DNA of 63,703 bases, the filler included, from Octopus bimaculoides (taxonomy: Eukaryota), in assembly GCF_001194135.2 (NCBI RefSeq). It is 5 parts of 5 records of this genome, joined end to end, with 100 filler letters (N's around TTAATTAATTAA, not from the genome) between each part and the next. Parts side by side here need not be neighbours in the genome. Positions count along the whole stretch, not along the records: positions 44,669 to 61,452 come from NC_068993.1; positions 61,553 to 63,703 come from NC_068981.1; 3 more parts are not named here. One strand, given 5' to 3'. This document shows, one piece after another, positions 52,956 through 63,703 of the stretch. Every line of letters starts with the position of its first letter. The stretch's first letter is position 1. The translations under genes were made by a program, and so were the position numbers. The notes beneath the pieces were generated by a model. It saw only the letters and a list, made by a program, of their open reading frames with translations, searched no databases and was not told the DNA's origin.

Positions 52956-53417
52956 NNNNNNNNNNNNNNNNNNNNNNNNNNNNNNNNNNNNNNNNNNNNN
53001 NNNNNNNNNNNNNNNNNNNNNNNNNNNNNNNNNNNNNNNNNNNNNNNNNNNNNNNNNNNNNNNNNNNNNNNNNNNNNNNNNNNNNNNNNNNNNNNNNNNN
53101 NNNNNNNNNNNNNNNNNNNNNNNNNNNNNNNNNNNNNNNNNNNNNNNNNNNNNNNNNNNNNNNNNNNNNNNNNNNNNNNNNNNNNNNNNNNNNNNNNNNN
53201 NNNNNNNNNNNNNNNNNNNNNNNNNNNNNNNNNNNNNNNNNNNNNNNNNNNNNNNNNNNNNNNNNNNNNNNNNNNNNNNNNNNNNNNNNNNNNNNNNNNN
53301 NNNNNNNNNNNNNNNNNNNNNNNNNNNNNNNNNNNNNNNNNNNNNNNNNNNNNNNNNNNNNNNNNNNNNNNNNNNNNNNNNNNNNNNNNNNNNNNNNNNN
53401 NNNNNNNNNNNNNNNNN

Positions 53418-53459
<42 letters not shown>

Positions 53460-54679
53460 TCATATACACTCACAGACGCACACATATAATAAACTACTGT
53501 ATTCCAGTATTGTTCACTAGTAGTGTAAGCCTACTAATGTCTAAGTCGATACAAAACTCTTAGGAATAAAATAGCTTTCACAATGCGACGTGTTCTTACG
53601 CAGTTTGCGAAATACCAGGTTTGTAAATGGATAGTAATTTAGGTATGGATTAATAACAGGTTTAAACTACGACATTTATAAAAGCAAGATTTACTTAAAT
53701 GTGTTTGCAAAGTTATCTGAGCAATTTATGTGTTGTAGAATGTGTATTATATGTAGTTTTGGTGAATTATAGTTCTTCTTTGAGTATGAAACTTTCAGAA
53801 ATGGATAATATAGCCAGGCTGGGGAAGAAAGAGAAAATAAATATTCTATTTATGAGAAACTTGCAGAAAATGTGTTTGTACGAATTATTCTTTTAGCTTA
53901 AAACATTCCAAAAATTTTAGTTTATACTTTGTTTAGAGAGTTAGTCTACACGCATTAGTTGTAGTCTGTGGCGTGAGAGCAGCCGAGGGTAGATTCTGAT
54001 AAAAACTACGCGTATTTTGCTGCTATAAATGTCTCATTAATTTATGCGTGGCGTAGTCCATTATTGAATCAGCTCATATCTTGCCTAATAATTTTATGTA
54101 ATTTTTAGCAATCCTCGAAATATACTTTAGAAAACGAAACTAAAGGAATTAAATAAACAGTTGTCTTTAACAGACTTCTGAATATTTTAGTTGAGCCAAA
54201 TCTACAACCACATCCAACAAACCCAATGGCCACAGATATGACACCTAATAAAAGCAAGCAGGAATTTCTACGAATTGTTATAGTACAGCATGAAATAGCA
54301 AAAAAACAAAAATGTCTTTCTCAACTCATATCCTATTTAGGGTACAGATTGGATAATGTATTCCTGGATGTATTTTGCCACAAAGAAAGATCATGAATAA
54401 TGCTTATGATTATAGAGTTGCTCCTGGAGCTAAGTAAGAACAACTCACACCACATATAAAACATGAAGCAAATGTATTTTATTATTGAATGGCTGAATGC
54501 GTCATCAAAAACTCGTTATGTCTGACAACAAACAGCGGTAATATTAACAGTAAGAATATATTAAAAAAAATATCAGAATTCTGTCAATACGAAACCAAAA
54601 CATTCTAGTTAAAAAAAACAACATAGTACATAATTAAAAAGTAAATATAAAAAGTTGTAAACTAGTTGACTCAAATTGT

Positions 54680-54920
54680 TACATGGGGCACATGTACGAA
54701 AATTACACGCCAGTTCCTGATCCATTAACTTCCCATTATGGTACATTGCAATACAGAACACGAAGCAAAGCATTTTAGAGGATAAAACTACCCGATATAG
54801 AAAATCAAAAAAGAAAATTAGATTAAGAACAGAAGATTTATTAGAAGCAACATATAAACCAAACATTAAATCTCGAATACAGTACCTTTAAAATAATCAA
54901 TACGGAACCGGTAATTATCT
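54680..54920 (+). mobile_element. Very decayed Penelope-like 3' end
   Basis: RLRTEDLLEATYKPNIK (cf. R...E..I..YKP.LN) followed by ATAAT...GGAACCGGTA ATTAT, a hammerhead remnant lacking the core. Confidence 0.35.
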
Positions 54921-54924
54921 CCTT

Positions 54925-55172
54925 TTACTGGTTTCGTTCATTGCATTGAGGTCACACTGGAGCACCATGTAAAAGTGTTTTTGTCAAAAGCGTCGACCCC
55001 ATAACTATTCTTAAATTGTATCCGTGTCTTTTGTCGAAGCACTAAGTTACGTAAACAGACCAACCGGATGTCAAGCGGGGTTCTTTCAGTTTCCGTTAAC
55101 CAAATCCACTCATAAGGCTTTGGTCGAACCAAGGCTGTCGCAAAAGACACTTGCCCAGGGTGCCACGCAATG
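54925..55172 (-). mobile_element. Major SINE copy lacking the internal microsatellite
   Basis: Family motifs on the minus strand. Confidence 0.75.
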
Positions 55173-55337
55173 NNNNNNNNNNATATATATATATATATAA
55201 GGTTAAGAAGGGTATTGGATTCAACCAAATCCAAAGATACAGGTAATACCGAGTAAGTGCTGTATACCGGCTAGTTTTGCCCCATTCGTTGTATAAACGA
55301 GAGTGGGGATTATAACATAGGTCTTGTATTAGCGTGT

Positions 55338-55585
55338 GTATGTATAAAGAGAGAAAAGGATAAAGAGAACAATGGCAAAGTTAGAAATATATTTTATGGA
55401 TAAAGTCTTACAGCTCTTTCAGGGAAAATCCAATGTATCCCTTCATCGGAGACAGAAATAGTAGAGGAATGGATTGTTATATCTATAACAATCCATTCCT
55501 CTACTATTTCTGTAAGACTTTATCCATAGAATATATTTCTAACTTTGCCATCGTTCTCTTTATCCTTTTCTCTCTTTATACATAC
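55338..55585. repeat. Near-perfect head-to-head palindrome (axis 55482/55483)
   Basis: Perfect 30-bp inner stem 55452-55481/55484-55513 with a 2-nt loop. Outer arms 55338-55413/55510-55585 match at 74/76. The left arm has 42 extra nt (55410-55451). Confidence 0.95.
55405..55453 (-). ncRNA. Type I hammerhead ribozyme motif in the left arm of the palindrome
   Basis: GTCT CCGATGA AGGGA-12nt-TCCCT GAAA G AGCT GTA AGAC: perfect stems I and II, GUA site; two deviations (U4C, C15.2G). Confidence 0.8.
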
Positions 55586-56429
55586 ATACATACATACATA
55601 TATATATACATACATACATACATACATACATACATACATACATACNNNNNNNNNNTTAAAATACGTTTGATTTGTTTATAGTGATCAAATGTGTGTGTAG
55701 ACATAAGCTCACTCTCCTCATTAAATCGCCATTACCTGTATAGGTCCAACTGGGTGCCGCATGTCAGATGTCGAAATGATCTCACAGTGACGTGAAATGA
55801 AGTGCTTTTTTCTTGAACACAACGCAACGCCTGGTCTGAGAATCGCACCAACGATCTCGCAATCGTGAGTGCAACATCCTAATAATCACATGTCTTGTCA
55901 CAAAAAATATATATTGCTTTGTAAGTTTGTTCAGAGTTGTCTTTCCTAGGTACATCCCATTGACGAGAGTCAATAAACTCGAAACGTCGATGTCTTGGAT
56001 TCTTGATTGATGGTAACACTGAAAAAAAACCAGGTGTTTTCCCACCTTTTATTGCAAGAGAGATATTTTATCAACGGTAATTGCAGTGTATTTGACTTTT
56101 AGTAGTTGAAATGTGTCACAAACATATTTTAACTAGGGTAAATTTTGCTTATGACTAAACACTGCTTGGCCCTAGCATTTCTTTATATATATATATTCGG
56201 AAGTAGACTTAGAAATCCGTCCTTCAGGAATATGACCTAGAGGACCATCCAGGATGTGATGATAGGGGGTAGGAAACAGGGCTATTATAACTGGTATAAA
56301 TGTGTAAATGTGCATGTGGATGTTACGGGGCACAGTTAATGTACGTGTTCGGTCGACAAGGAATCTCATCGATATTTCTGTGCTCTGTCAATGGTCCATT
56401 TAATCAGAATAGAGAAATTACCATTTACC

Positions 56430-56481
56430 ACCACTACCAGAACCACTACCACAACTACCACCATTACCACCAGCAACAGCA

Positions 56482-56540
<59 letters not shown>

Positions 56541-56554
56541 AGCTGCTGCAGCTG

Positions 56555-56596
<42 letters not shown>

Positions 56597-56707
56597 GTAT
56601 TACTACTGCCACCGTAAGAAGTACTATTTCCACCACCATCAAAACCAGTAGCACTTCAAACATCTAAACCACCACACTCACTACCACCAACACCACTACC
56701 GCTGCCG

Positions 56708-56781
<74 letters not shown>

Positions 56782-56795
56782 ACCACTATTACTAC
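56430..56795. repeat. Compound (TAC/CAC/TGC)n trinucleotide repeats
   Basis: Two long TAC-dominated tracts, 56430-56610 and 56670-56795. Confidence 0.9.
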
Positions 56796-57384
56796 TCTTT
56801 TGGAGATGTCTACAAGTAAATGACGCTGCGAAGCAAATCACATGTCTTGGCACAAAAAAAATTTGAAGAGATTTCATGTTTTTTTTTTTTTTGCACAAAT
56901 AATATCATAGCTTCATGGAATATTACAAACCACTTAACAACAAAAAGATGAAATGTTAACCTCAAATTTAAAACAGAAAGACAACAATCCAGGAAGAAAA
57001 AAGAAAGCCAAAAAGCTAAATAGCTATCGCCTCAGGAAATTCAGATTGACAGCCAAAGTGATAGAAGAGTAAAGATGAGATCAGACTTAACTGGCAGGCA
57101 TCATAGGACGCCGTATCGGTATTGGTTGATATTTCATAATATCCATAGGGAAGAAAGAAATCACTTTAGTTGATAAGTCCTTGCAGCGATGAACATAGAG
57201 CAGGAGCGAATAAGTGAATTAAAGAAAAACAAAATGTACTCCACTGCACTCACTAAAAGTAAGCAGTCATATATGTATGTATGTATGTATGTATGTGTGT
57301 ATGTATGTATGTATGCATGTATGTATGGACTGTTTGAAGTGGTGTACATCTACTGTATATTAAGAAAAACGGAGGTATCAGAAT

Positions 57385-57478
57385 TTTGGATAAATTCTTA
57401 ATTAGCGCTTTCGTTTCCTTAACCGAACTCCAAGCAGTCGATTAAACGAACGAAAGCGCTAATAAAGAATTATCCAAA
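57385..57478. repeat. 94-nt imperfect hairpin
   Basis: Arms of 42 and 41 nt with 1 gap and 5 mismatches; 11-nt loop ACTCCAAGCAG. Confidence 0.85.
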
Positions 57479-58515
57479 GTTGTGGCTGCCTCCATTATCT
57501 TTACATATATATATATATATATATATANNNNNNNNNNNNNNNNNNNNNNNNNNNNNNNNNNNNNNNNNNNNNNNNNNNNNNNNNNNNNNNNNNNNNNNNN
57601 NNNNNNNNNNNNNNNNNNNNNNNNNNNNNNNNNNNNNNNNNNNNNNNNNNNNNNNNNNNNNNNNNNNNNNNNNNNNNNNNNNNNNNNNNNNNNNNNNNNN
57701 NNNNNNNNNNNNNNNNNNNNNNNNNNNNNNNNNNNNNNNNNNNNNNNNNNNNNNNNNNNNNNNNNNNNNNNNNNNNNNNNNNNNNNNNNNNNNNNNNNNN
57801 NNNNNNNNNNNNNNNNNNNNNNNNNNNNNNNNNNNNNNNNNNNNNNNNNNNNNNNNNNNNNNNNNNNNNNNNNNNNNNNNNNNNNNNNNNNNNNNNNNNN
57901 NNNNNNNNNNNNNNNNNNNNNNNNNNNNNNNNNNNNNNNNNNNNNNNNNNNNNNNNNNNNNNNNNNNNNNNNNNNNNNNNNNNNNNNNNNNNNNNNNNNN
58001 NNNNNNNNNNNNNNNNNNNNNNNNNNNNNNNNNNNNNNNNNNNNNNNNNGGATATTCAAAGGAAAACCAGGCTCGGTTTACCTGCTATGTCTATAATCGA
58101 AAATGTGCTGGAAATCAGACCCTTGCAGTTATGTTTGTGTTTATGTGTGTGTGTGTATGTATGTGCGTGTGTGTGTGTGTGCGTGTGTGGGCAAGAGTGC
58201 ACACAGAAGAACAAGCGTAAATAATATTTATATATACTACCGCATAATACCTAAATACTCGGTGATACATATATATATACACAGGCTCCCATATATGACC
58301 ACACCAAAATGTATTTATCCTAACACGTAGACATACATAAGCATATATATAATGGAATGTACAAGGTCGCATAATTTTAAGTAAGGGCGCTAATATGTCT
58401 GTATATGTGTGTGTTATATATATTCACACACACACACATGCACACATATCCTTTAAGTCGTTTACGGGAAACATGGGGGGGGGACTGAACTCGGAAGCAT
58501 GTGCTTGAGAATTAA

Positions 58516-58549
<34 letters not shown>

Positions 58550-58742
58550 AATCACACACACACAGTCACACACACGCGCATACATCCATATCCAGTTCGA
58601 CGACGGATTAGCTGGTTGAAACATCGAAGTCATTCTCAATACTCTTCTTTTTAAAACGATAAAATTTTACTCTAGAAAAGTATTGAGTAACCCACCAGAT
58701 TAAAGTTGTTTTTATTACACCTGAGCATAAAAACAGACATTA

Positions 58743-58793
<51 letters not shown>

Positions 58794-59160
58794 GTTGATT
58801 ATATTGTAAAATTCGTGTAAATTAAACTAAGATTCGCCGTGTCTATATACAATGGCGTGAAGAGATAGCGTATTTTGCATTTATATTACTTATAGACGGT
58901 AGGATGTGGGATCTGGTCGAAATTTGGTTGTTTATTTCTAACTGGCGTAGAGATACCGTAATAATTTCCTATCATCTTTGAGCATATGTATACGAAACTA
59001 TAATATATACTTTAATGACAGCAGAATGTGATCTGTTGGTATATTTTGCAGGTGAAACTTCTACATTGAGTCTCCTTATGCGTTGTATTTATGCGTCGTT
59101 GTTGCAATTTCAGATTACGCCTCAAAACATCTATTAATTTTTTCACATTTTATCCTCTCC

Positions 59161-59221
<61 letters not shown>

Positions 59222-59299
59222 AAGTTGAGAAAGAACATTTAGAAACTAAGTGCTGACGAAGTCCTATGGGAAGTGAGGGAATATAATCTGATTATCGGG

Positions 59300-59800
59300 A
59301 AATGTGAAGTAACTTGAAATTAGGGATAGATTGATGTGTTCAGATTGAGCAACGTTTGATGAAGTAAAACTGTGAGAAAGAAAAAATTCATGCTTTTTAT
59401 CTTGTCATTTATCAACTTCGTTCTCCACCAACACTGCCATGTAGTCAATGCCAGGTATTGATCTACAGTCATCAACGGTATTACCATATAGGAAGCGTCC
59501 AGCAAAGAAACTGAATACTCGGATACGAGATAAAGCCGCTACCAACGACGGTGACTATCCAATGTGTCTTTCGTTGCAATGTGTCCTTTGGTTGTCATAG
59601 GTTCTGTCATTGTTTACTACGTAGAGTTTCCTTTGCTATTTTTAGACTCAGATTTGATCTGATGGCGCATATTTATAATAAAAGGCGATCTTGTCGTGAC
59701 CGTCCTGTATTCAGGTATTACGTTGTTCAATGTATTCTTTGATAAATACTGCAGTGTGTTCTCATTCTTTTTCATCTACTGTGGTGGAAGATTTCACACA
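59300..59800 (-). mobile_element. Possible highly decayed piggyBac (PGBD-like) transposase remnant
   Basis: FLYGNT...PGIDYMAVL...HEFFLSHSFTS loosely follows Y.G...LG...V..L...FDN.FTS; weak. Confidence 0.25.
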
Positions 59801-60271
59801 TTTGGAAGTTATCGGAATGCGAAAATTTTCGTGGAGCTGCTTTTCTCATGTACCCCTATTTTAAAGATGGCGCATATACTGGGCCGCATCCACCCTATTT
59901 TCATCTAATAAAACATGTTGCTTCAAAGAGTGACTTGGGGAAACACATCTGTTTCATCAGCAAAGAATAATGATTAAAACAACGTCACAACTATCACCAA
60001 CAATGGAGTTATATCGCTTCTTTTTTCTTTATATTAACAACAATGAGAATATCAATAAATATTAAACGCCAACGACAAAAACAACAATAACAATAATGAC
60101 TGTATCAATAAATATGGAGATTGAGTTTTTCACTTATCTGTCTAAAATCTGAAGAACTTATATTAGGGCGATAACAATCAATTCGTTACAATACAATTAC
60201 CGTTTACTCTATAGGTTTCATAGATCACTTATCAATAATTCGTTTTCTTCCATATTTGCCCCTGTCTTGAT

Positions 60272-60354
<83 letters not shown>

Positions 60355-60627
60355 CATCATTTATAATTATATTTACTATTGCTGCTGTTATTGCTGTGGC
60401 AATGTTGCTGTTGTTATTGATCGTGTTGATATTTTTTGGTATGTACTTTTATGTGCATCTCAAATTATTCTCTTTCCTATCATAATACCTATAGCGGTAA
60501 ACGTATGTGTGTGCACACACGTATATATATATATATATTCCTATGTTTTCACAGGCATCCATACATTTTAATACATATGTATGCATGTGTTGTAGATAAT
60601 GTGTGTCTGTCCATATTTATACATACA

Positions 60628-60663
<36 letters not shown>

Positions 60664-61299
60664 TATGTCTGTCTGTCTGTCTGTATGCATTAATGTTTGC
60701 AGGCTAAACCAATTACTTTAAAAGAGACATAAATGTAATAAAACAATGTAGATATTTATCTATAGAAGAGAGAGATAAATTGACGAAAACTTTGTCAATT
60801 ATGTGCTATGTTCCTGTCAATGACAATTTGATACTCAATTATTATTATTGATATTGTATTATTGCATTTTATTAAATAAGTGAGTACTTATTATTGTGTT
60901 ATTGTCGTGCGTTGGATACATGTGTGTATTCTAGTTACAGCAGTACGGTGGATATTTTATGATATGAAGTCACGATAAATGTCTAGGTTCAAATCCTATC
61001 GATTCTTCAATTTCTGTTTGTTTTCAGTTTTAATAAAATCTTTAATAGAATCTTGAGCACTATAATTGAAAATAGACTCTGTTAAATTAGATGAGCTTAT
61101 GACTTTGTTTGTTGTACTATGCTTGTTCCCTATGCATGTCCGAGTGTTTATGTGTCTCTTTGTACGTGACTCACATGTATATATATATATATGTATATAT
61201 ATTTGACAGGAAGGACAACAAAAGAAAGAAAGAGACCTCGATATTATGCAAATACAAGAATTTATCTGTAAAAATATGTGACACTTATTCAGTAGCCAT

Positions 61300-61361
61300 G
61301 ATAAAAATTCCGAGTTTCGGATGCCAGGGTGGGAGCCCACGCCAACATCTCTTCAGTTATC
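61300..61361 (-). ncRNA. Degenerate type I hammerhead ribozyme motif in the left arm of a palindrome
   Basis: GATAA CTGAAGA GATG...CATC C GAAAC TCGGAATTT TTATC: stem I 5 bp, intact CUGAAGA and GAAAC, one bulged C, degenerate stem III and cleavage site. Confidence 0.55.
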
Positions 61362-61447
61362 CGGCCAGTTGAAAATTCCTCTGAAAAATTTTTTTCACAG
61401 GACTTTTCAACTGGCCTGATAACTGAAGAGATGGTGGCGTGAGCTCC
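61332..61447. repeat. Head-to-head palindrome (axis 61389/61390), right arm cut by the gap at 61453
   Basis: 58-nt gap-free arms with 6 mismatches; the right arm repeats GATAA CTGAAGA GATG at 61418-61433. Confidence 0.9.
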
Positions 61448-61496
61448 TTCTCNNNNNNNNNNNNNNNNNNNNNNNNNNNNNNNNNNNNNNNNNNNN

Positions 61497-61508
61497 TTAA
61501 TTAATTAA
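61497..61508. other. Artificial scaffolding linker TTAATTAATTAA inside a 100-bp gap
   Basis: Identical N-flanked 12-mer. Confidence 0.9.
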
Positions 61509-61552
61509 NNNNNNNNNNNNNNNNNNNNNNNNNNNNNNNNNNNNNNNNNNNN

Positions 61553-61903
61553 GTTCCAGTTGATCCGATCAACGGAACAGCTTGCTCGTGAAATTAACGT
61601 GCAAGTGGCTGAGCACTCCACAGACACGTGTACCCTTAACGTAGATCTCGGGGATATTCAGCGTGACACAGTGTGACAAGGCTGACCCTTTGAATTACAG
61701 GCACAACAGAAACAGGAAGTAAGAGTGTGAGAAAGTTGTGGTGAAAGAGTACAGCAGGGTTCGCCACCATCCCCTGCCGGAGCCTCGTGGAGCTTTAGGT
61801 GCTTTCGCTAAATAAACATTCACAATGCCCGGTCTGGGAATCGAAACCGCGATCCTATGACCGCGAGTCCGTTTCCCTAACCACTGGGCCATTGCGCCTC
61901 CAC
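61553..61903 (-). mobile_element. Well-preserved tRNA-derived SINE
   Basis: Head GTGGAGGCGCAATGGCCCAGTGGTTAGGG...GGTTTCGATTCCCAGACC with A- and B-box-like motifs. Confidence 0.85.
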
Positions 61904-62104
61904 GTTAAGTAAAGTAATGAAAACAAAAAGAACAAAAGGCCTACCAATATCTTATTAGTGAGTTTTTGGTGTTACATTGCTAAACTGCTGCCTAATTTAA
62001 TTCATTTGTATACACATTAGCGATTCGCTAAATCATCCATAGATTTTTATGGACTATACATAGGTATTGGTGGCGATCTTATCCGGAATCTGGCGAGTTG
62101 TACC

Positions 62105-62159
62105 GACCCTACTGGAGAGGCTTCGGTCTTATGGCCGAAACCGTCGACGATATAGGGAC
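62105..62159 (+). ncRNA. Type I hammerhead ribozyme motif with an 8-nt palindromic stem III insert
   Basis: GACCCTA CTGGAGA GGCT-10nt-GGCC GAAAC CGTCGACG ATA TAGGGAC: stem I 6/7 bp; two deviations (A6G, G16.2A). Confidence 0.65.
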
Positions 62160-62308
62160 ATTACGACTGCCGATTTCGGCCGTTTGCGGTCGCTGTCAGT
62201 ATGTATGTATACAATTATGTGCGTTAACTGCAGCATCAGAACACTTTAGCTCTTATTTCCAGCATTTTTAATGACAATTATAATATATATGTATGTATGT
62301 GTGTGTGC

Positions 62309-62344
<36 letters not shown>

Positions 62345-63022
62345 NNNNNNNNNNNNNNNNNNNNNNNNNNNNNNNNNNNNNNNNNNNNNNNNNNNNNNNN
62401 NNNNNNNNNNNNNNNNNNNNNNNNNNNNNNNNNNNNNNNNNNNNNNNNNNNNNNNNNNNNNNNNNNNNATATATGTATGTATCTATATCTACACACACAC
62501 ACACATACATATGTGTATATATACAAATGTGCATGTATGTGTACGTGGGTGTGTAAGTGTGTTTGTATGTGGTGTGTGTATGTCTATGTGTTTGTCACCC
62601 ACTGCCTGACAACCGGCGTTGGTCTGATTACGTCCCCTTAACTTAGCAACTCGGATAAAGAAATATGCAGAATAAGTACCAGGCTTTAACAAAAAAAAAA
62701 AAAAAAAACTCCAAAAAAAAACAGGAAAACGCTGGGGACGATTAACTGCTCCAAAACCCTCCAATAATACCAACCTCCCAACTAAGTAATCTTTACAAGC
62801 TACTTACATTCAGTCAGGACTTGAAATCCGCTGACCAGCAAACGTTACCATAAGAAAGAGAAAACATCTATACTGATTTAATGAGAGATCTGTAAATATT
62901 ACAGCATGCTTTCCAAAGCTCTTCCACGGCTTTCGGCCACCTGATACTATCATACAGTAGGAGATCTCATCTTATTGGATATACATGTTGAAATCTGCGA
63001 GTATCCGTAGAGCACTCTACTT

Positions 63023-63121
63023 ACATACATACCGACGCGCATATGGTGCGCACAAACACATGCCCACTAACATATGCACACATACAAACACACACCCATA
63101 TGATTATGTACTATAAAAATA

Positions 63122-63152
<31 letters not shown>

Positions 63153-63254
63153 CGNNNNNNNNNNNNNNNNNNNNNNNNNNNNNNNNNNNNNNNNNNNNNN
63201 NNNNNNNNNNNNNNNNNNNNNNNNNNNNNNNNNNNNNNNNNNNNNNNNNNNNNN

Positions 63255-63309
<55 letters not shown>

Positions 63310-63669
63310 CACACACACATATATATATATACATATGCACGCGCAAACACGCATATATATATTAAAAAAAGGAGGACACACACACATATACGAACACACA
63401 CACACTATGTATATATATGTGTGTGTGCATGCATAAATATACACACACATGTATTACCACTTGTAATCTAACTAATCTATTGTAAACATGTGTATAAGTA
63501 AATGTATTAGATATATGCATACGCGTACATACACATACACGCGTATACACACATAGATAAACACATACATTCCGATGCACGTATGGTGCGCAGAAACACA
63601 TGTGCACTAACGCACTAACATATGCACACATACAAACACACACCCATATGATTAAGCATTATAGAAATG

Positions 63670-63703
<34 letters not shown>
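63023..63703 (+). repeat. Diverged tandem duplication, period about 540 bp
   Basis: 63023-63150 aligns to 63563-63703 (ATGGTGCGCA.AAACACATG...CACCCATATGATTA) with several substitutions and a small indel. Confidence 0.75.

Noticed and set aside
56391-56898. Poly-Tyr/Leu/Val/Ser ORFs
   Set aside because: Translations of (TAC)n repeats.
61860-61903. tRNA gene
   Set aside because: tRNA-like A and B boxes continue into a 350-bp repeat body; this is a SINE head, not a cloverleaf tRNA.

Overview
AT-rich, repeat-saturated eukaryotic genomic DNA with many N gaps. The tRNA-derived SINE families, RTE/Penelope fragments and microsatellite load point to an octopus (coleoid cephalopod) assembly; this is inference, not a database result. 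The only host coding sequence I can support is two consecutive minus-strand exons (42320-42487, 40321-40407) of an axonemal dynein heavy chain, most similar to DNAH6, joined by a probable GC-AG intron. The rest is mobile DNA: Penelope-like elements (RT, GIY-YIG, terminal repeats), RTE and L1/Tx1 fragments, Tc1/mariner, Tigger/pogo and piggyBac-type MITEs, and dozens of SINEs. The most striking unexplained structure is a set of five degenerate type I hammerhead ribozyme motifs of unrelated sequence. Two sit in near-perfect head-to-head palindromes whose symmetry axis lies exactly 33 nt upstream of the ribozyme core. Four 100-bp gaps contain the artificial linker TTAATTAATTAA, so adjacency across them is uncertain. 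By eye, the block 13.85-44.57 kb is CpG-depleted relative to both flanks. Most ORF-track entries are microsatellite or gap artefacts. Element boundaries are approximate unless TIR, TSD or splice positions are given.
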